A stretch of DNA of 64,000 nt. Origin: an uncultured cyanobacterium (GTDB lineage Bacteria; Cyanobacteriota; Cyanobacteriia; Phormidesmidales; Phormidesmidaceae). The notes under the pieces are model-generated. The model was not told the DNA's origin and made no database searches. It worked only from the letters and a program-made list of their open reading frames with translations. The stretch is taken from contig CAWBZI010000002.1 in the NCBI GenBank assembly GCA_963793265.1, positions 384,001 through 448,000 of the forward strand, written 5' to 3'. Of this stretch, positions 57,295 to 64,000 are shown one piece after another. The translations under genes were made by a program, and so were the position numbers. Every line of letters starts with the position of its first letter. The stretch's first letter is position 1.

Positions 57295-60066
57295 CTAATT
57301 GTCTGATAGCGCCTGCCATACCCGCTCTGGAATCATCGGAAGCTGCCTGAGCCTAGCGCCAGTCGCCCCTGCAACAGCATTAGCGATCGCAGGGGCAATA
57401 CAGTTCGTCCCAATCTCACCAATTCCTTTAGCACCAAACGGCCCATACGGATCGGCATGCTCTACTAAAAAAACGTCTAGCGGCGGCACATCTGTCGCCG
57501 CTGGAATCCGATAAGTCCGCAGGCTAGGGTTCAAAATTCTACCCTGTTCATTAAAGCGAAGTTCTTCAGTTAGCGCATACCCCAGGCCCATCACGAGCCC
57601 GCCCACCGCCTGCCCCTGACAGATTCGCGGATTAATTGCGGTGCCAATATCCACCGCTTCCGCGCAGCGCAACACGGTAATGCGGCCTGTCTCGGTGTCT
57701 ACTTCTACTTCTGCGCCTAAAAATGCAAATGTGAGAGAGGCGCGATCGCTGCTATATTCCAACTCTATCGATAGAGAGTCTCCTTGTTTCTCAGCGGCTT
57801 GAGCGAGCTGCAATAGCGTTACTTTAGCCGTTGAGCTGCATACCCCATAATTGTCTATCTCTAAATCTTCTACAGGTGCCTCTAAAAGTTTGGCCGCGAC
57901 CTTGAGCAGTCGAGTACGCAGCTTTTGAGCCGCCAGGTTGACCGCCTGGCCAGAGATAAAGGTAGTTGCAGAGGCATAAGAGCCCGCATCAAAAGGCGTG
58001 TGATGGGTGTCTGCGCTCACTAGCTCTATTTTCTCTACGGTGGTTGTCAGCACATGCGCCGCTATCTGACGAAGAGAGGTATCTGAGCCCGTACCCACAT
58101 CTACCGAGCCCGTTCTTAGTTCATACGCACCGCTGGGCAGCAAGGATAGCTTCACGCTCGCTAAGTGAATCTTAGCGAGGCCGCTAGCTTGCATTGTAGC
58201 CGCAAAGCCAATGCCGCGCTTAATCGGATCTGCTGCCCTTAACGCTTCTGTTTTAGTGAGTTCAGCAGGCTGATAATCTAACGCCTGAGTAACTTTCTCA
58301 ATGCATTCATCCAGCGCGTAGCTGCCGATGATGTGAAAGTGTTCTTCTCTACCAATCAGAATCTCGTCTTCAGGCGTAATCAGGTTGTGCTGGCGCAGTT
58401 TGATCGGGTCAATATTCAACTTACTAGCAATCTCATCTAGTTGAGACTCCATTGCAAAGGTGCCCTGCGTGGCTCCGTAGCCCCGAAATGCACCTGCAGG
58501 CATCGTATTGGTATAAACAACCGTGCCTTTGTAAGACTGATGGGCACAGCGGTAGAGCCCTAGAGGAAAACAGCCCGTCAAAAAGGTAACAGTTTCGCCA
58601 TGATTGCCGTAAGCCCCCGTGTTTGAAATGGCTTCCATTTGCTGAGCAACAATTGTACCGTCGTTTTTGACGCCCGTTTTTAACCGAATGCTCATTGCAT
58701 GACGGCTATTTGTGGCGGTAAACTCTTCTTCTCTGGTGAGCTGCCACTGCACCGGCTTGCCTGTTTTCAAGGTAGCTAGCACACACAAATCTTCTGTCAA
58801 AATCTCCTGTTTGTTACCAAAGCCACCGCCGAGCTGAGGCTTATAAACGCGAACTTTTTCTTTGGGCAAATCAAACAGTTCGCACAGCAGCCTTTGACAG
58901 TGAAAGGGAACCTGCGTACTAGAGCGAACCACCAAAATGCCGTTTTCATCGAACCCGCTAATGCAGGCATGAGGCTCCAGGTGAACGTGCTGTACGGCGG
59001 GTAGCGTGTATGTGTTTTCAACTATCAGATCGGCCTCAGCAAACCCGATAGCCAGCTCGCCTTTATCTAAAACTATCTCTCCTGCAATATTACGAGCAGC
59101 GTCATGAATTTGGCTCGACTCTGGCTCATCGTGAATGACGGTTTCTCCTTTCATTGCCTCAACAGGATTAACCACATAGGGCAAAATCTCGTAGTCAACC
59201 TCAATAAGTTCGCAGGCTTTAGCAGCGGTTGCTTCAGTATCAGCAACAACAGCGGCCACGCGATCGCCAATAAATCGCACCTTGTTATCTAACAGATAAT
59301 GGTCTAAAGGATCAGGCACAGGCGCACCGTGTCCGGCAGTGCTATAGGCGCGGCGATCGACATCTTTGTGAGTGAAAACAGCTTCAACACCTGCTAGGGC
59401 CTCGGCTTTAGCCGTGTCGATACTGCGGATGTGGGCATGGGGATGAGGCGATCGCAACACTTTTATATGCAACAGTCCAACCGGCGACCAGTCGGCAGTA
59501 TACACTGGCTTCCCGGTTACCAAATCCGGCCCATCTTGCTTAGGCACATTTTGACCAACCTGCCCCGCCACCTCAGCGGTTGTTTTCGCGAGTGGCTCAC
59601 TACCGCACGCTAAGACACTCTCAACAATAGACTCGTAGCCCGTGCAGCGGCAGAGATTACCTTCCATCTCAGCTTTCACCTCTGCTGCTGTAGCACACGC
59701 TAGCTTACTAGCCGTCATAATCATCCCAGGCGTGCAGTAACCGCACTGAAACCCCTGTTTTTCTAAAAAAGCCTGCTGCATAGGCGATCGCCCGCCCTTC
59801 TCTTCTAAGCCCTCAAGCCCCTCAATCGTTGTTACTTCGCAGCTATCTACTCGCATCGCCGGATAAATGCAGCTATGAATCGGCTTATCATCAACCCATA
59901 CCGTACAGCCCCCGCAGTCGCCCGACTCACAAACGCGATGCACCCCCGCATAGCCTAAAGACCGCAGCAGGCTCAGTAAGCTTGTCCCTGGGCTACAGCT
60001 AATGTCGTGCGTTTGACTGTTGACTTGAAAGTTCAATGAGAGCGTGTCTACTGTGGCACTTTTCAT
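57295..60066 (-). CDS. Xanthine dehydrogenase-family 2Fe-2S plus molybdopterin-binding fusion subunit
   Basis: CESGDCGGC, QCGYCTPG, GNLCRCTGY, GGGFG.K, AFRGYG, GAKGIGE. Confidence 0.92.
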   Translation of the reverse strand: MKSATVDTLSLNFQVNSQTHDISCSPGTSLLSLLRSLGYAGVHRVCESGDCGGCTVWVDDKPIHSCIYPAMRVDSCEVTTIEGLEGLEEKGGRSPMQQAFLEKQGFQCGYCTPGMIMTASKLACATAAEVKAEMEGNLCRCTGYESIVESVLACGSEPLAKTTAEVAGQVGQNVPKQDGPDLVTGKPVYTADWSPVGLLHIKVLRSPHPHAHIRSIDTAKAEALAGVEAVFTHKDVDRRAYSTAGHGAPVPDPLDHYLLDNKVRFIGDRVAAVVADTEATAAKACELIEVDYEILPYVVNPVEAMKGETVIHDEPESSQIHDAARNIAGEIVLDKGELAIGFAEADLIVENTYTLPAVQHVHLEPHACISGFDENGILVVRSSTQVPFHCQRLLCELFDLPKEKVRVYKPQLGGGFGNKQEILTEDLCVLATLKTGKPVQWQLTREEEFTATNSRHAMSIRLKTGVKNDGTIVAQQMEAISNTGAYGNHGETVTFLTGCFPLGLYRCAHQSYKGTVVYTNTMPAGAFRGYGATQGTFAMESQLDEIASKLNIDPIKLRQHNLITPEDEILIGREEHFHIIGSYALDECIEKVTQALDYQPAELTKTEALRAADPIKRGIGFAATMQASGLAKIHLASVKLSLLPSGAYELRTGSVDVGTGSDTSLRQIAAHVLTTTVEKIELVSADTHHTPFDAGSYASATTFISGQAVNLAAQKLRTRLLKVAAKLLEAPVEDLEIDNYGVCSSTAKVTLLQLAQAAEKQGDSLSIELEYSSDRASLTFAFLGAEVEVDTETGRITVLRCAEAVDIGTAINPRICQGQAVGGLVMGLGYALTEELRFNEQGRILNPSLRTYRIPAATDVPPLDVFLVEHADPYGPFGAKGIGEIGTNCIAPAIANAVAGATGARLRQLPMIPERVWQALSDN

Positions 60067-60112
60067 AAGCTATTACTTTTGTTCATTGAGCCTACTTATT
60101 CATAGAGAGTCA

Positions 60113-60955
60113 TCAATATCGACGTTTTCCATCACCGCCCGCGCTCAATTCCGCGATGCCTCGCTGCATCAAAACTCGGGTAATCTGTTGGCGGTATGGC
60201 ATACTCGCGCGCTCATCATTCAGCCAGGACGCTTCAGCAATACCCGCTATTACCTGTTCTGTTATTTGTTCAGGGGTAGGAACTGTCTCAAATTCAATCA
60301 TAAGCGGTGCCTTTAGGCTGCCGCCAACGCCGAACCTAACCCGCCGCGTAGCAGGGTGGTAAGCCGTCACAACAATGGCGATCGCATACCCCGCCGTCCC
60401 TACCGCCATTCGCTTAAAGCTCGTTTGCCACCCCTCTAAATTCTCTCGAAGAACCTTAATTCTTCTCAATACGTCTCCAGGTTGCAATATCGTTTGCTGC
60501 GGTGCTGTCTGAAAATCAACAGCCTCGACAACGTAGGGAGCACCGTTCGGTCGCCAAATTTCGTACTGAGCCTTCAGCGCCACCATCGCGGGGGCAAACG
60601 TACTCGCACTCAGAGCCAAACAGAGATTTCCACCTACCGTCGCCGCATGAGACAGCTTAAAAGAAGCCAGTTCTCTCACCGCATCTTTTAGCGCCTCTGT
60701 CGCGCCCCACGTCTGAGGGAAAGAGAACGCCAGCAAATCATTCTGAATGCCGGTAGCGCCGATAGACAAAGATTCTGAGGTGACCTCTATCTCTGACCAG
60801 TCGAGCGGCTGCATATCGACTAAAGCTGTTACCTGGGGCTGCGCTTCGTTAAATAGCCAAGTCCCGCCCGCTAGCCAGTTCCAGCTAGGCTGCCAGGGCG
60901 ACACTTCGGCGAGCGATCGCGGTCGTAAATAGGTGTCAACACTATGCAAGTCCAT
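60113..60955 (-). CDS. Xanthine dehydrogenase-family FAD-binding subunit
   Basis: WLAGGTW, ATVGGNLC. Confidence 0.88.
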   Translation of the reverse strand: MDLHSVDTYLRPRSLAEVSPWQPSWNWLAGGTWLFNEAQPQVTALVDMQPLDWSEIEVTSESLSIGATGIQNDLLAFSFPQTWGATEALKDAVRELASFKLSHAATVGGNLCLALSASTFAPAMVALKAQYEIWRPNGAPYVVEAVDFQTAPQQTILQPGDVLRRIKVLRENLEGWQTSFKRMAVGTAGYAIAIVVTAYHPATRRVRFGVGGSLKAPLMIEFETVPTPEQITEQVIAGIAEASWLNDERASMPYRQQITRVLMQRGIAELSAGGDGKRRY

Positions 60956-61142
60956 CGCAGATTCATCCTTAAAATCCTATCTTTGGGCGCGAGCCTTTAC
61001 TGTGCAAACTCTCACTATTGTGCTGCGGAATTAATTTGAATACTGTACGCATTGTTGCAGAATTAATTGCCCGCTGTAGATACGTTGGCGCAATATATTC
61101 CACTATGAAATAACAGTATCGCTAAACCTTCAGGCACCTACT

Positions 61143-62585
61143 ATGAGTCGGAAACCATTAAGCCCCACGCGAGAAACATCCGATCGCAACTCAACGCCAA
61201 AAGTAGCAACCTCTCCCCCTAACCCTGACGACTCGGGTGGCATTGCAAGTTTTTTTCACTTTGAGCAGCTTGGCACCAACTTTCGCACCGAAGTCTTGGC
61301 AGGGGTCACAACCTTCGTCACCATGGCCTATATTTTGGCCGTCAATCCCGATATTCTCTCTGCCGCTATCTTTTTGCAGAATCCTGGTGATTTGTTTGGA
61401 GAGCTGGTTTTTGCGACCGCTATTTCATCCGCGATCGCTACGCTGATCATGGGTGTTTACGCCAAATATCCGTTTGCACTGGCCCCTGGCATGGGTATCA
61501 ACGCCTATTTTGCGTTTTCTGTTGTGCTCGGATTAGGCATAGAATGGCGCGTTGCACTAGCAGCAGTATTTATTGAGGGACTGATCTTTATCGCAATGTC
61601 TCTCACCAAAATGCGCAGCCGCATCGTTTCGGCTATTCCCGATTGCCTCAAACATGCCACAGCAGCAGGGATTGGTTTATTTATTGCCTACATTGCGCTC
61701 ACCAGTAACTCAGGCATTATCGTCACCAGCGAAGCCACCACTACAACGTTAGGTAACCTGGCAAATCCAAGTACTTTGATGGCGATCGCCGGTATTCTAA
61801 TCACGGGTGCTTTTGTCGCCAGACGAGTCAAAGGCGCGCTGCTAATCGGCATTTTAGCGACCGCCCTACTCGGCTGGATTTTGGGCGTTGCTCCCTGGCC
61901 TCAAGGCGTGGTCGGACTTCCTGTTTTGCCGGTTAATATTGCGGGTCAGGCTTTTGTGGGCTTATCAAAAGTATTAGAAAACAACATTTGGAATTTACTC
62001 GCAGTCCTATTTGTCTTTCTATTCGTAGACACGTTTGACACAGTAGGAACGCTCACAGGCGTAGGCGTTAAAGCCGGGTTCGTCGATGAAGACGGAGAAC
62101 TCCCGCGCGCCAGTCAAGCCTTTATGGCAGACGCGATCGGGACGACGGCAGGCGCTGCTTTAGGAACCTCTACAGTGGCCACTTTCATCGAGTCTGCTTC
62201 AGGCGTATCTGAAGGCGGACGCAGCGGCTTTACGGCTGTAGTCACCTCTGCTCTCTTCGCCCTTGCTGTTTTCTTCACGCCCCTTCTGTCTGCAATTCCC
62301 GCCTTCGCGACTGCGCCAGTTCTACTCATCGTGGGCGTTTTGATGGTAGGCAGCATCACCGAAATCGACTGGCGCGATCCAGCCGAATCTATCCCTTCAT
62401 TTTTGACCATTTTATTTATTCCCCTCAGCTTTTCCATTGCCGAGGGATTGGCCGTGGGTTTTATCAGCTACCCTATTTTCAAAGCCTCTCAGGGCAAAGC
62501 CCATGAAATTGATATCACCGTCTGGATCTTAGCAGCAGTGTTCTTGCTCCGATTTGTCTTCTTAGCCCTCGATATTGGCGCGTAA
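61143..62585 (+). CDS. NCS2/AzgA family purine permease
   Basis: EVLAGVTTFVTMAYIL.VNP, APGMG.NAYF, ESASGV..GGRSG. Confidence 0.92.
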   Translation: MSRKPLSPTRETSDRNSTPKVATSPPNPDDSGGIASFFHFEQLGTNFRTEVLAGVTTFVTMAYILAVNPDILSAAIFLQNPGDLFGELVFATAISSAIATLIMGVYAKYPFALAPGMGINAYFAFSVVLGLGIEWRVALAAVFIEGLIFIAMSLTKMRSRIVSAIPDCLKHATAAGIGLFIAYIALTSNSGIIVTSEATTTTLGNLANPSTLMAIAGILITGAFVARRVKGALLIGILATALLGWILGVAPWPQGVVGLPVLPVNIAGQAFVGLSKVLENNIWNLLAVLFVFLFVDTFDTVGTLTGVGVKAGFVDEDGELPRASQAFMADAIGTTAGAALGTSTVATFIESASGVSEGGRSGFTAVVTSALFALAVFFTPLLSAIPAFATAPVLLIVGVLMVGSITEIDWRDPAESIPSFLTILFIPLSFSIAEGLAVGFISYPIFKASQGKAHEIDITVWILAAVFLLRFVFLALDIGA

Positions 62586-63626
<1,041 letters not shown>

Positions 63627-63732
63627 ATCTCTCTTTTTTGCTAGCTGCCGTCCGACAAAACGTAGCGCAAGCTACAGCGCTCTCTTCAGGGTTAATATTT
63701 TATACTCTTGTGTTCTTTACTCTTCATTTGCA

Positions 63733-64000
63733 ATGCGTAAACGAGTCCCAATTCGCGATTGCAAGACTGTTTTATACGGAATGATTGCTTTGTTAGGCGC
63801 GATCGCGCCTCAAGCCCTTCACACTCCCGTAGCTCAAGCTGCCGACACCACGCCCCTCATTTTTGACGACGACGGCAGTCAAGATGGATTTGCAGCCCTC
63901 GCCTATTTGTTGTCAAAGCCCGAATTTGACTTGCAGGCAATTACAATGTCTCACGGGGTCGCTCGCCCAGAAAGCGAAAGCTTTCAAGTTGGCCTCAAGC
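63733..64000 (+). CDS. Nucleoside hydrolase with signal peptide (partial, runs off the window)
   Basis: MRKRVPIRDCKTVLYGMIALLGAIAPQALHTPVAQA-ADTTPLIFDDDGSQDGFAALAYLL...LQAIT; Asp-rich IU-NH-like motif; not in the ORF track. Confidence 0.75.
   Translation, partial: MRKRVPIRDCKTVLYGMIALLGAIAPQALHTPVAQAADTTPLIFDDDGSQDGFAALAYLLSKPEFDLQAITMSHGVARPESESFQVGLK

Overview
Cyanobacterial chromosomal window (abundant HIP1 octamer GCGATCGC, PEP-CTERM gene, Uma2). Left end: ArsR regulator with a double operator, two decayed response regulators bracketing an IS5 remnant, a MASE1 kinase/REC-GAF pair, and a two-module NRPS (A-T-C-A[MT]-T-R) split inside its second A domain. Centre (about 17.6-53.3 kb): an apparently complete contractile injection system (eCIS/CIS, Afp/PVC-like) in two convergent operons. 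Its unusual parts are baseplate proteins enlarged by Asp-box beta-propellers, an Arg-rich ERR/DRR insert, a hydrophobic candidate membrane anchor, an extended spike, a repeat-containing DUF6519/S74 tail fibre, a DUF4157 effector with an unrecognised C-terminal domain, a lipase-like protein, and an upstream murein endopeptidase plus caspase-lipase-TM pair that may be a protease-gated lysis/release module. Right end: oligopeptidase B and a purine utilisation cluster (xanthine dehydrogenase subunits, XdhC, MocA, NCS2 permease, adenine/adenosine deaminase, signal-peptide nucleoside hydrolase cut by the window edge). All calls come from reading motifs by eye; no database searches were run.
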